A DNA stretch of 64,000 nucleotides from NCBI GenBank assembly GCA_051362555.1, contig CM120640.1, positions 32,879,967-32,943,966 of the forward strand, given 5' to 3'. Within the stretch, counting starts at the first letter, position 1. Every line of letters starts with the position of its first letter. The position numbers and the translations under genes were made by a program. Positions 47,401-60,836 of this stretch are shown here, one piece after another. The DNA comes from Lingula anatina (taxonomy: Eukaryota; Animalia; Brachiopoda). Below the pieces are notes generated by a model. The model was given only the letters and a program-made list of their open reading frames with translations, was not told the origin of the DNA and made no database searches.

Positions 47401-49362
47401 AGAGATCATGCATAACAATGTCAAGAACAAAACAAAATTTATGACACTATCTTACAAAGTACCGGGTAAAGAAGACAGAACACACAAATATGCTAACACA
47501 AATATACAAATGCCTCTAAAACTTGGTAATGTTCTTTATCTTAATATTTTTTAAAAGCTACAGAAATTTCAGGAGGAATACTTTACCCTAAATTGTTCTT
47601 GCTGAAAAGCATATACTAAATCTTTGAACTTGTCTTCTATAGTTGGGTCACAGGTGTTATCTTCACTATCACTTGAATCCTGCAAGTTCTGTGGCTCCCA
47701 GTATTCTCTCTTAAACACAATGATAACTTTTTGAAACTATAATTACTTTTGTCCCAAAATCATCTTCTTTTCAACCACTACTCCCAACCCTCCCCCCCCC
47801 AAAAAAAAAAATGTATCAAAGTACAAGGTCTATACCTTGCTTACTGTGCATCCTGATGAGTGGTACATATGGAAGAATTATCAAACTAATTTAATTTATT
47901 GACCTTTTTCATTCTATATACATTGTTCTAGTTCTTAAATATTGTACAATTCATATTATAAATAACATTAATTGTCACAATCATGATGTCACAAATAAAA
48001 GAACTAATCATCATTCACAGAAAAGTCAAGCTTACTTTTAACCAATTTAGTGCCAACTTTGCCCCAGACTTCAGTAAGTTTAGAGATGGCATTGAAGTGT
48101 GAGATGATTCATGCCTCAATTCCACTAGCCACTGTGGTATAGCAAGCTGAAAATGAAATTGTAATAATTGTACAGGGAATATCTGTTAATATATCTACAT
48201 TTTTCTTTTTTTTTTTTTGTAAAATAATGGACAAAATTTCATTATCAATTATAATATCTTCATATACAAAATAATCAAAAATTACTTCAATTAAAGATTC
48301 TGTACCACTCTAATGTTATGTGCAACTATACCAAGGTGAGCTGTGCTTACCTCTTCTGCTAAGATGTGCACTGGCTGTGCATATTGCTTGTTTTGATTAT
48401 TCTCAGTCATCAAATTCACAAACCTATAAGAATATAGACCATTCCATGATGTCCACTATATTTCACAGAATAAAGAGATTAGTAAAACAATATCTATGCC
48501 ATATTCTTTTCCATTAAATCTAAAACATAATTCTTTATAATTCAAATTCTATCCTAAACAGATTTGGATAGATATGCCAGTGCTTCTGCTTCTAAAAGTT
48601 ATTTACTTTTTTAATTTTAAAATAATCACCTAATCAAGGCCATTGCAAAGTTATGCTGGAACTTGGTATGATTTGGTAAATGTGGTCCCTTCTGGACAGC
48701 AGCCTTGTGATCCAGACAAGCCTCAACTAGTGCAGCAGAACATTCCACAGCAACAGGCAATCTGTGTAACATTCTGTAAAACATACATGTATATTACATA
48801 TCAATGTGTTTTAAATTCCACCAAATAGTTAATACAATGCTGAATTGAAAAATGATCTAATGGCCAAAATAGGTGAAAATGGATGTGGAGATTGGTGACT
48901 TCTAACAGTTAGGCAGCCACCTACCTCTTGTACATGTACAGTACTGGTATACATTTGCACTGGACAAAAATTATGCCATAAATTAAGCCCATGACACCGT
49001 TGAATAAATTCGCATTTTAACCAATTTGTTACCTGCTTTTCCACACAGCTACCCTCTGTATGGCCTGTTGTTGTTTTCTCACTTCATTACTGTATAGTCC
49101 ATGGTATACTCTTTCCCACTCAGACCTGAAGAAAAGTGAATGGATGAGTAATTAAAGAAATGAAACGACCATTTCGGCGTGTCTTATTCTTTTTAACAGC
49201 ACGATATAAAGGTGCTGAGTTGTGATCATTTGTATACAGTGGGACTAAGAGGCCCGTGTCCTATATCTGTACTTATTGAAAATTTAAACCACCTGATATT
49301 AAAACAAAACATGTTCACCTGTTCAACCAACCAACCACACGTTTTTGCCTGGGCGCCGCCAT
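44431..49362 (-). CDS. LAS1L: Ribosome biogenesis HEPN nuclease LAS1-like, 14 coding exons
   Basis: Starts MAAPRQKRVVGWLNRSEWERVYHGLYS...AIQRVAVWKSR; LPVAVECSAALV; MALIRFVNLMTE; IPQWLVELRHESSH (HEPN RxxxxH motif); C-terminal IDWAEIPIGVLP and ...KIQEEIWFF* (TAA at 44433-44431). Exon phases are consistent across all junctions. Confidence 0.93.
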
Positions 49363-49680
49363 TTTAAACAGTCACATGATCATACCTTGACTGCTTTATG
49401 TTAGTCTTCAGTGCCATTCATATTATTTTTAATTTTACAGAAGCGTAAATATATATCTGCATCTTCTATAAACCTTGCAATGTTCTTTGTTTTAAAACAA
49501 AGTAGGTCTAAGTCTATCGAATATTCCCTTCACCCTCACGAGATTTCTGCGTGGTGCAACAACTGTAAACCGGTCGGCCCCTGTAAACAAACAGATCACG
49601 TGCAGTAGTTAGGAAGAAGTGCATTTATGACATTTATCAATCTCTGGATAAAAACCGGGGATGCATGAACAAGGTATTCA
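49363..49680. promoter_or_regulatory. Head-to-head promoter LAS1L / NACHT gene
   Basis: YY1-type aaaATGGCGGCG over the LAS1L start; E-box cacgtg near 49598; donor aag|gtattc near 49673 for a probable non-coding first exon on the + strand. Confidence 0.5.
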
Positions 49681-50135
49681 CTTGTTGTCTATGTATGAGT
49701 GGTTTTTGACGTTAACTCAATAAATTTGGTAAAACATTTTAGATTCAAGTTACCTACAATTTACTCGTGAGGGCACAAAACGAAAATTTGCGTCAGCTTG
49801 CCTGTTTACGGTTTAGGTTTAATTACCTCAGGTACGTGCCTAGCGTATAAAATTATAAGGCTAAAAACTAAGCCAATGCGTTTACATTTTAATTTCTATT
49901 AACATACATAACAGAAACCGTAAATATATAAGTGTGCTAATGCATGACAATTTGTGCTACCTTTTGACGCATTTGATGCAAAACCATTTACTGAAACTGC
50001 TTAGTCATTTATGATAAACAAGCTGTGTCAGTTCATATTGCAATGCCATACTTTATTGATTGTAAATTGCAGTTGCTGTTTTCAGAGCCTAAAAAGGACA
50101 AAATCTAGCTAGTGAATTGTTTCTGACAATTGAAT

Positions 50136-53100
50136 ATGGGCTCAATTATAACCAGGAAAACAGAAGAGACCAAGGTAACGTACATGTAATTGACATTTGA
50201 CTGATATTTGATAGTCCAGTGGTCCATGTATCAAACAGTATACATAACCTAAAAATTGTGTTTGACTTTGAGTTTTTCCAACTCTTTTTTCAAGATCCTG
50301 TGGACCTGTAGAACAAATTAGGGTCATTTTTCCCCGGCATTGTTATTCATCGCACAATCACAAGGCCAATTTTTAAAGGCCGATTTTTGTTTGTCACTTT
50401 GGTAATAGAGTGCTTAAGATAATTTATCCTTAGCTTGCTTGTGAAGTAGGTAATCTAGAGTGAAAAACAGTCTGATGCACACAAAATATTATTTGCAAAA
50501 ATAAGTTATGTACTATCTGGTACTAGTACCTTCCACAGCCAAGGCCAACCTTCATTAAATATTTTCAAGTGATATCTGGTAAATTTTTAAAGCTTTGTAA
50601 CTTATAAGTTTTTAAAACAATATAATGGAAATTTTATCTTGATTATATCAATATCCTTTTTTTTTTTTTTTAGTCTTAGGAGTGGATTTTAAAATGATAT
50701 ATTTAAATGTTGAAAGTAGTTTCCTTTTGTATTTGTAGTCTTCAACAGTGGGCCATGGAGGAGAGGGACCAAATATATCTTCAAGGGTAATGTCATGAAA
50801 TTGTGAAATGTACTGTACATACATGTAATTCCCAGTTATACAATATATGTTAATTATAAGTTTTTATTTATCAAATTATGTGATTTGGTAACGAATTGTA
50901 TGCTTGAATTTTTACATTTATTACTTAGTAATTGACTGTCAGTGATTATTTATTTGAGCTTTTTTTATTTGAAGTCTGCACCACATGGGACTAACACAAA
51001 AAAAACTGATCTTGAATCTGACAAAATCAGCAGCCAAGAACAAGTAGCAGGGTGTTGGGAAGAAATTGATAGACAATGTGAAAGACTTGAAAAAATGTGC
51101 TACTGTCCTTCAGCAGATCAGACACTTCAAAGTGATGTCACAGGCTGGAAAACTGCTAGAATATTTGTATCGTCCACATTTAGAGATTTCCATTCAGAAA
51201 GGGAGGTTCTGGTGAAAAAGGTACTAGTAGATGCACAAGTGAAGAAATCACAGACCAAATGACTGATGAACACAATGTCACTGATAATTGAAAAATAAAA
51301 AAAGGTGGGAGGCATATCCCTTAGGCCTATCATTAATCAGTGAAAATATCTTAAATAGATGCACTCCATTTGTGATGATTAGATCCTAACCACCCTCAGT
51401 CTAAATAAGTGACATTAATTCCTTCCTTTAACACACTTCTTATTAGGTCTTTCCTGAGCTACGTGAATGGTGTGAAGAACGGAAAATCCATCTCGTAGAG
51501 TGTGATTTACGCTGGGGTATCCCCAGTGATTCAACAACTGCTGCCACCATTGCCACGTGTTTAGAGGAGCTGGACAGGTGTCACAGTGAAACTGAAGGGA
51601 AACCTTTCTTTCTTAATCTATTGGGAGAAAGGTCAGTTCTAGTAACCTAGAGGCATGAGATCAAACATATATACAAATGAAAGCATATGTATACCAGTAG
51701 TTCTAAATGTTAGTGCTACTATTATTTTTACCTTTGTTTTCCAATTGGATTCTCTTCTAGGTACGGATGGATCCCATCATTGTCAGATGTGCCAGAGGCT
51801 GTCCAGGAGAAGTACCTGTGGGTGCCCAATACCTCCATCACATGTATGGAAGTGTTATATGGAGGATACAGGTCAGATCACATACTAAAAAAATATACAT
51901 GTTGAAAAATCAAGGTTATAAGATTGATTTTAAAATGTGTTCACGCACATACATGCATGCAAATGTGCATGTGCACTCACACACATAGTCATCATAAATA
52001 ATTACATAAAGGCGCGAAGAAAATTTAAAATTTATACATTTAAGAGATATCATGCTACAGCTTACAGATATGGTATTTTAATTTTCAATTTAATAATTTT
52101 ATTAAAATAAGTGAAGGGTATTAATGAAACCATTTGAAAATTTCTTTTTGCTGCTGGTCTACCACAGTGTTATAAGATGATATATTTTGGTTTTTTTTAG
52201 AGTGAGCTGGATGTGTAGCGTAGTTAATATTTGGCTCTTTTTTATCTTTGAATTAAAACATCTTCCTAAAATTGTTATGATAAATTTTGAAAGATATGCT
52301 GTACTCCTTTTTTTTAGAACAAAAAATCCCAATGCTGCCTTTTTCATCAGAGAAAAAGATTTTTTAGCAGATTTGCCTGAACAGTGTGCAGATGCATATT
52401 ATGAGAAGGGTGTGCTACCCCGAGAACATCTGAAGGTTTGAATATTTTTAAAATTATTTTAAACAAGACTGTTTTTTGTTTGAAAATTTGAAAATTTAAA
52501 TACATAAGGATATATAAAGATACATGTAATGAGTGTTATGAAAAGCTTACTTAGGAAAGCTTACTTAGGAAATTTGTGTAAATAGTGCTTATGTGATTTG
52601 TTTAGGTGCTGAAAGAAAATCTGAATAAAAGATTCCCAAATCAAACATTCCATTATTCATGTGAAGTCAGTTTGGAGAATGAACATGGAACTCGTCCAAA
52701 GGTAAGTAAATATTTGTTTGCTTTTTTATGTATTGTAATTTTTTCTTTTGAAAATAATGCACTAATGCTTGATGACTGTCAGGTCATTGATTCTGAAGTA
52801 AGATGAATATAGTTTCCTTAATTGGACATATTTTTTCTGTGTAGTCTAAAATGTAAATTAAAAGAAATTGTTCATTATTTGGAATTGTGCAGTAGAGTTT
52901 TCATCTATTCTGTAGGCTAAACTTACTGGTCTGGAGGATTTTGCTACTCAAGTTTTATATTTCTACAAAAATGCCATAGAGAAAACATTCCCTAACCAAA
53001 GAGATATCAAAACATTACCCAGTGATGAATATGGTAAGAAAATATTTTATTTCTAGTAAATTGGCTAAAGATTGAGAAAGATGTGTAGACATACATATAT

Positions 53101-55427
53101 ATATTCTTTTATGCTAAAACTTGTGTGACGTTCATTTGTCAGCTGGTACCTTATTTCTTTTCTTTTTGTATGATATATTTATTTGCAGAGGATGCAATGC
53201 AAAAGAAATATGTAGAACAGAAGTCAGAGGGATTAATTGGAAGAGAGGAAGAGGTACAGGTGCTGCTGGCTTATGCCAAAGGGGGCCCCTACCCAGCAGA
53301 CAATACTTGTGGTAAATACATGCTTTTTTAATCTTATGGTGTGGTTTAATTTAGAGGATGTTAATGGAAGTGATTCTGTGCCTCACTTTGTCAAGAAAGT
53401 CTCAAGGTTTTTGTAAAGCTTTATGTCTATATTTTACCAGGTTTCAAAAAAAATTTTTTTTTGCAAATACTTTCAGCATTATGATGATTTGCTCTTTAAA
53501 TGTCTTCAGGTGATTTTGAAAATCCCAAAGATGAAGAAAGTAAGTGTCATTCTGCAGGAATTTGGTATGATGGATTGTTTGTAAATAAACAGTTGTCTAT
53601 TGATAAATGATTTCTACAAAAAACATTCAGACTGTATTTTTATCACATTTTGCAGCTGATATTTGTAATAATAATAATAATAATTTATTCGAGCATTAAA
53701 TGTGACAGTTACATTTATTAGCCCTCTATACTACAAATAGATAAATAAATAAATAAATAGATATATATCACTATGGATTACTACTTATACAGTGTTTAAA
53801 AATACTTACAATTGTAAATAGTTCAATACACTGGGAGAACACACATTTAATGGACAATTACAAAAATTTCAATCAAAATAACCTTTTCCTTGTGTCCCTC
53901 AGTAATATATTATGTTGATTTTTTTAAAGGTAAAAGTGGTATTGAAGGTCAATCATCAGATACAGAAACACCAATATTATGTATTTGCTCACAGGCAGGG
54001 TGTGGAAAAACATCACTTATGGCTGGACTGGTACAAAAAGCCTCTGAGGTACATTATTTTAAGAAGAGTTTTCCTTTAGTTTACTATCGAGTATATTTCT
54101 TTCATCTTTCTAATAATTGACAGGGTTATTCTGTAATCTGTTTGAACAAGATAATTAAAGATTCATGTATTATATTTTATATTTTCAGAAACATTTGTTT
54201 TGAATGTGTATTCATTAAAAATCATTCCAATTACAAAAAAAATATTGAAACTTTCCTAGGTATGTCACTTTTTCTTTCAACTGAAGATAATGAACAGGGC
54301 ATGAAGATACTGTTTTTGATGTGTTTAAAATATGAGTTGTTCTTAGTGCCACTAATGGCTAACTTTTTAGAATATATTACCAAAGGTAGTTCAATTTAGT
54401 TAAATTCTTAGGTATTTACCAGACTTTGTTTTAAAAGCACATGAGAACTTTTAGAAAAAACATCAAAATTTACATAAAAATTATTTTACCCTAACTGAAA
54501 ACATTTTAGGTCATTTATCCCATATTGCCCCTTAAACTATCAACAAAATTTATTCTTTTAAGTTCCAGTATTTTAATAACATACATAATTTTAAAATATG
54601 TTATCATTCTTATTGTTTCAGGAAGGGTTGAATGTGTTCTACCATTTTGTTGGCAGCAGTCCCTATAGCAATGACCATGCACTTTTATTATACAGGCTGA
54701 TATGTAAACTTGAGCCTGACAAAGAAAGTGAGTACCATTATGGCAAAAAAACTAAGTAAGATTTTACAAAGTAACATATCTTTCTGCATTGTTGGATCCA
54801 TGCTTGAGTGAAGATGGGGTTAAAAAGTGCTGCACTCAACATTTTTTATTGCAAAGGATGTAGGGGAAGCTTGAGCCTTACATTATCGTCAGTTTGTTAA
54901 CTTTTGTTAAATCCTCCTTGATATGGCATTTGTTTTCCCTAACATAATAAATGTTTAGGTATTTTCCACTTCTGTTGTGTTGTTTTGAGCATCATTCTGT
55001 TTATATCCAAAATCAACCATAACTTATTGTTTGCAACATTATGCTCATATCTCTGCTCATTAATTTTGTCTCTAAAGGTTCTTGTAATTTTGAAATCAAA
55101 TCTATTTAAAATAGGTATGGATAAAATAAAAGGCATGAAGGAAAACGAGACAGCCCTTGTAAAGTATTTTGAAGACTTGCTGTTGAAGCTCAGAAACAGT
55201 GAGCAACCACCACTGCTAATTGTTATTGATGGTTTGGATGAGGTAGGACCTTTGTTATATTAAATAAATTAACAAAAGTACCCTAAAGCACACAAGGAAC
55301 AACTGAAAAAAAACAAGAATGATCTATTAAAAAATTTAAGTGTGATAGTGTAAACTTATTTGTTGGTATAATAATTTCATTACCTTATTTTCAGGCTAAT
55401 TGCGTTCTTTCAAAATGCAAGACATAA
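50136..55427 (+). CDS. TEP1/NWD-like STAND protein: MG N-terminus, DUF4062, NACHT P-loop; reads 499 aa and stops 10 residues after Walker B as assembled
   Basis: Exons 50136-50174, 50739-50786, 50975-51220, 51447-51631, 51761-51871, 52318-52435, 52606-52701, 52916-53033, 53189-53311, 53510-53539, 53930-54048, 54622-54727, 55115-55242 join in frame (489 codons). DUF4062 motifs RIFVSSTFRDFHSERE, CDLRWG, CLEELDRC, LLGERYGW; Walker A SQAGCGKTS; FYHFVGSS; Walker B LIVIDGLDE. The next exon (55395) read in phase 0 gives ANCVLSKCKT*. Confidence 0.8.
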
Positions 55428-56140
55428 CTCACAGTTGACCCATGTGCGGCGCATGTATTTACCAGTAAGTTTATCACTTTTTAGACCAGGTTTGTATAGA
55501 AAAAAATAAGTAAATATATATCTGTAATTGGTAAAGAAGCAGGTTAACTTTTATTACCAATAAATGTTGTAATAATTATGCTTGAAATGTGATATATTAA
55601 GCTTAAAAAGAAACTTTCCCCGGATTATTGACAGTATAATCAAGTAACTTAGCCATGTACTATTTATTATCATTCTGATTTAAAAAAGAAACGGTTTCAG
55701 ATAAATTGGCAAAATATATTTCTTGTTAATTTTTTATTTACTCAACGTTTAGCAAAGATCCATCCCAGCACAAGTCTGCCTTATGTTAATGATTATTATT
55801 ATTACTTATTTTTTATTTAATTTTTGACTTCTAGAGATACTTGTGCAGATTGCCAGTACCTGGTGAAACAGGAGTCAAAGTGGAGATGTGTATTTTTTGT
55901 TCTTCTAAAATGGGTCAGTCTTATTTCGGGCAGCGAAAAGATGCATGCTTTATCTGCGGACAATTTGCCCCAATGTATAAACAAGGAGTTTTGTGCCAGA
56001 AACATGGTTTTCCTTTTAAGCAGCCAAATAAGTGTTACTTGTGCAATGGAGTTCTGCTGGAGGGGAAAACCAACCCGGTCAAAATTTGCAATTTTTGTCC
56101 AGTAACCGCCAATACATGCATTGCATTAAAACGTGTTTGA
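55395..56140 (+). CDS. Two-exon Cys-rich zinc-cluster module (PHF5-like spacing), out of phase with the upstream NACHT exons
   Basis: Exon 55395-55464 is open only after skipping 1 nt (LIAFFQNARHNSQLTHVRRMYLP) and splices in phase 0 to 55835-56140: RYLCRLP...CIFC...CFIC...CQKH...CYLC...CNFC...CIALKRV*. Confidence 0.7.
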
Positions 56141-57038
56141 CCAAACTGTATACAAGTAATTTCTCTTGGACAAGTGTAATGTGATCAAGGCTCTTTGGTG
56201 AATATCCAAATTACATGCCTTACGGGTAAACATGTTGTCTTTTTAGAAACAGTTAACTTTTTTATCGATGTGATTGCTTGCAAAATTTTCACTGATTTTG
56301 CACGTAATATAGTAAGAATCGTGCATATCCTTATACACAAAATTTTATAATCGTAACAAAAATAATTTTAAAAGGAATTAATGAGTATCGTTGTGAAAGT
56401 TGAATCATTTTCCTTAGTGATGTTTATTTCAATATTTAAAAGAACTATGTATATTATCATTAAAACTTGGTATATTTTTATGTACAAGGCATTTTTTTCT
56501 TTTTTCTTTTTTGTAAAAAAATAACAAATCAGTGATGTGCTACTCTACATCTATTTTTCAAGATATTTTCATTATCAAAAAGTCCTCAAGCAAAGAGCAA
56601 TAAATTGTAAGTGGCAATGCTAGCTTTCTTCCTTCACAGTTAAAGCATCCTTTTGACTTTGATATATTCAGGGGTAACTTGCAAAAGAACTATTGTGACA
56701 TTCATTCAAAAAGGTGTTTAATAGTTTCAACTGTGAGTTCTATAAGGTGTAAAGAATCCATGTTGGAACATGTGACCTTATCATAATGTTCTGTTAAAGC
56801 TGCTTTCTCTTCAATGGACATACATCTGGATCTACCTTTTACATGTAAAGACTGGTGTGGATGACATCAATTCTTAAAAACAGCCTGATATATATATATA
56901 CACATAGATATTTACAATTTTTTGTCTCAATTCAAGTTCATATCCTTGTTCCTTCAAAACCATGGCACCACTGTCAAATCCACGAATAAAAAGTTCACTA
57001 AAAATGCTGTATTTGCTATTGTTGTACATGGAATGTCT

Positions 57039-60000
57039 TTATTTGATTCTGTCCCATCTCCATATGGTTGCATCATCACAGACGGCTAGAATGAGGCTAC
57101 CATCTCTGTTCATGTGAGTCTGACGAATTGCAGTAGCACATTTTTGGTGAACCAAAGTTGTACACCTGAAATTGTGGGAAAACATTATACAAGATGGATT
57201 GCCTCCTTGATCCTTGCATGTCAAAATGGAAACTTTCTTTTCAGTACATTTCTCCTTACAGGAAATAATTGCTTTGTAAATACTGATGAAATTTAAGTAG
57301 TGGCTATCTCATACGAAGAAATGTTTGTTTTTACCCCCTTGCAAACATTTAGTTTAACTTTGAAATCGAAACTCATCAGAAACGACCTTTTCCCTGCAAT
57401 ATAGTAAATTTCAAGCCAATTTAAGGGGATACATTTTTGAAATGTGTAATAGATACCTGATAAGTAGATACTTTTAACTTGTCACATTACCTTGTCAGCT
57501 GAGGATCCTCTACATCCAAATCCCATACAAAAATGCGACCTACTTGATTGCCCAATGCTAACACCTGGAGACAGGGAAAAAACGTGTCAGGGGAAAATAA
57601 GCTTGAAGAATAAAAGTAAACCTTCATTCTCTAATAATCATCATTATAATTATTATTTAAGCATATTCTGTTACACTGACAACTTCAAATATGAACCTGA
57701 AGTGTTACATTTTGGCTAAATATCCAAGCCTTCAAAACCCGAGCAATAACAGCTGCCGCATTCTTCACCTATCATTTTATAAGGTTTATCAGATGTAAAT
57801 TAAATAAAAATGAAAAAGTTAAAAAGAAAAGTGATCATGATCCTTGGTACCTTCTGCCAGTAGTCCATGGAGAACCTCATGTACCATATATCACAATCTC
57901 TGTAGTCAAACCTGTGCAAGACAGTGACCTTGTCTTTGTCTACAGTGTTGTCCGTCTGGGATAAGGTGCCAGGCTTCCAACAAACTATGCTGTTTTCACA
58001 GGACTAAAATGATGGCAAAATTGAGTTCAAATCAATCCAATTGATAATTTTCATTGAGTGAAATGAGGGCCCACTGACATAAATATTTTTTGTGTAAGAT
58101 GCAACAGAATGCAAATCAAATATTACTAATAAATGTTGTAATAATTATTTTAGTTTTCACACTTACCTTGGAAAGAATGAAGTTGCCAAACCATCTAACA
58201 CAGTCTACATAATTTCTATGAATATCCCGTGTAGAGAAATATGGAAAATTGTCTGTCACTGTTTTAAATGGTCTAAAATGGAGAAATTTAATATTAAATG
58301 AAAATTATAATAATGATGATAACTTAATTAAACATATCAACCCAACGCTTATTTAGAAATAATTCATTCTGCAAAATATGATATGTAATTCTTATATTCA
58401 CCACTAGCCAAGCAACAGATTAAAAAATGTTTTATCACCAATGGATAGTAATTAATAAAGGTAACTCGATGTAGCTTTTGTTGAATAAACTGTATCTACG
58501 TCCACTATGCACATACCGGTTTTCTTTATTGACATTGAATTTGTAAGAATTCTCAATAGCTTCCCGAACTTTTGGTTGATCAAGTCTCCAGATCTTTAAA
58601 GAATGGTCCATTCCACAAGATACAATTTTACTACCATCTATGTTAAAATCCTGAAAAAAAAACAGGCTTTAGATCTATTGAAATTCAAATTCACACACTG
58701 CAATTTCCAAAATTGTAAAAAAAATTTAAAAATTTACAAAATTAATTAGAAATTGAAGTAAATGTTGCAATCAGGCTGGTTTTCAAACTGAAGCTGTATT
58801 TCAGCTCTTGGATTCATTTCTGTAAGCTTGAGAATGAAAAATAACATTAGTCAACGCTCTTGTCCATAAAAATAAATACTGAGAAACATGGCAATTTTTA
58901 TACTCTTAGTCTTATGGTAACATAAGCCATCAATCAGTCTGATATTACTGGAACTTTTCTATAAGTATTTCTATAAATACTTTTACAAATTTTTTTTCTT
59001 ATTTTTCATTTCTTAAAGCACACAATTTTCTAATGTCCTTACTGCACTTAGTACTTCATCCCTATGTCCGTCCACACCTCCCAACATAGCCACACAGATG
59101 TCTGTCTTGATGTTCCACAATCTCAATGCATGGTCTGAAAAAAAAAAAACAACTGCATATACTATAAGAAATGCACCAAAAAAAGGTTTATGCACACTGA
59201 CATATGCACAAAGATGACACTGGTGACTTTGGTAGGGGTTATTAGCCAAAACTTTTCCCAGTTAAAATTGTTAAAACATAAGTCATGATGTAAAGCATTG
59301 CACGTAAAAAAAGAAGAGTTTTAAGCTGCAAACCTTTACTGACTGACATCAATATATTGGGATCTCTTGGGTGAAACTTCAATTCATTAATGGCATTTCC
59401 ATGACCTATAAAATGCTGAAAAAAGAAAAGAAATCTTTATAATACCCGCCAAATGTGTCATCTAAAAACACACACACATACATCAACAACTTTTAAAATT
59501 CCAAAAAAAAATCCTTCATTTATTGATAATTTGGGTCTTACCTTAACACATTGCATAGTAATTGGACTTATTATCCTAATAATTCCTCTAAGGCCTGCCA
59601 CAGCTAGAATTGGCTGTCCAGACGTGTCCTCATATGTCCATGCACATGTATAGAAATTTTCCTCTGGCTTAAATCCATTAAGGATAATCACTTTCTTAAA
59701 TTATTCACTTGGCAGACAATACGACCATTTTAAGCAAGAGGAATAAAATTGCACATTTTCTGTTTTCAAAATTTTAGTCAAAGGATACATCTGCATCAAC
59801 ATAAGCTTGAAGCAGTTTAATCTTCCCTTCCTTCTGACATTCATATACTGTGACCTAAAAGAAAGCAAAAACACAGAAACATATCTAAAAATTTGAAGTC
59901 CTTTTATCTTTGTACCTAATAAACAAACTTCTATAACACATACTGTTTTGAATTTTTAATTATTCATTTTTCACAAAGAAATTTGATATCAAGTATTATG

Positions 60001-60836
60001 TCAATGTGTCAGACTTGAAGGCCAAGCTGATACCATTGAATATCTATCCCTTCCACAGAATGAAAGATGGAAAGAAAGAAAAGAAAAAACTGATAAATAA
60101 AATGGTCTCGTACTCTGTTACTTCCCACAGAAGCAAAGTTCAACGGATCTCCATCCTTTGTGTTGTTATTAAACTGGATTCCAAAGATGGGCTGACCATG
60201 GTCTTCCTGAATTTTAAAACAAACATTCTGTAAACTTATGATTCTTCAACACGTTAGGTAAAATTCTTTGGTAAAATATTATCACAATGTTATTCCATTT
60301 AATTGTTATGTATTGGATATGTATTATTTGTCATTTAAAGCAACTTATAAAAATCCCCCCCCCCCCCAAATGTCACTCACCTTTAAATAATTTGTTAATT
60401 TATATTGCAATTTACAGTTCTTGAATTTTCTTCTTCCTCTCCCAGCCTTTTTGCCAGGTCCTGGTTGATTTGGAGTTTCACTTCTGGATGCATCGTCGAC
60501 ATTGCTGGACCAGCTTGATGTTTCATCCTAAAAGAGCCATGAAAGTTTCCATTTATGCAGTTACTTGAGATTTCGGCATTTCTTCGTAATCAAAATAATT
60601 ATTACACGCTAAAAAAAGAGTGCCTCGGGCCAAAGCATGAATTTACGTGCTTGAAGCTGAAACTGATGGCATCGATATCTTTGTACGATGTACAATAAGA
60701 AGATAAAAGTCCGCCCTAGAACACTTACTACATCATCTCCAGAACCTTCAGTATGGAATGATCCCTCTGTTTGGAGAGTAGATACTCGCGTTTTCTTTGT
60801 TTGTGGAACAGTCACGTTGTCTTCACTGTCAGACAT
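57039..60836 (-). CDS. EED: Polycomb protein EED / extra sex combs (PRC2 WD40 subunit), 12 coding exons
   Basis: [87 protein letters not shown]. Aromatic-cage residues (F of IFG, Y of NFY, WY of IWY) are present; all phases match. Confidence 0.97.
59668..59788 (-). other. U12-type (minor spliceosome) GT-AG intron, EED intron 4
   Basis: 5' splice site GTATCCTTT; branch box TATCCTTAAT about 10 nt upstream of an AAG acceptor; no polypyrimidine tract. Confidence 0.9.

Noticed and set aside
55415-56105. Alternative frame MQDITHS-UGA-PMCGAC...TCADC as a selenoprotein (UxxC)
   Set aside because: No SECIS-like element recognised downstream; the other frame carries the coherent zinc-ligand pattern, so this is likely a shadow frame.
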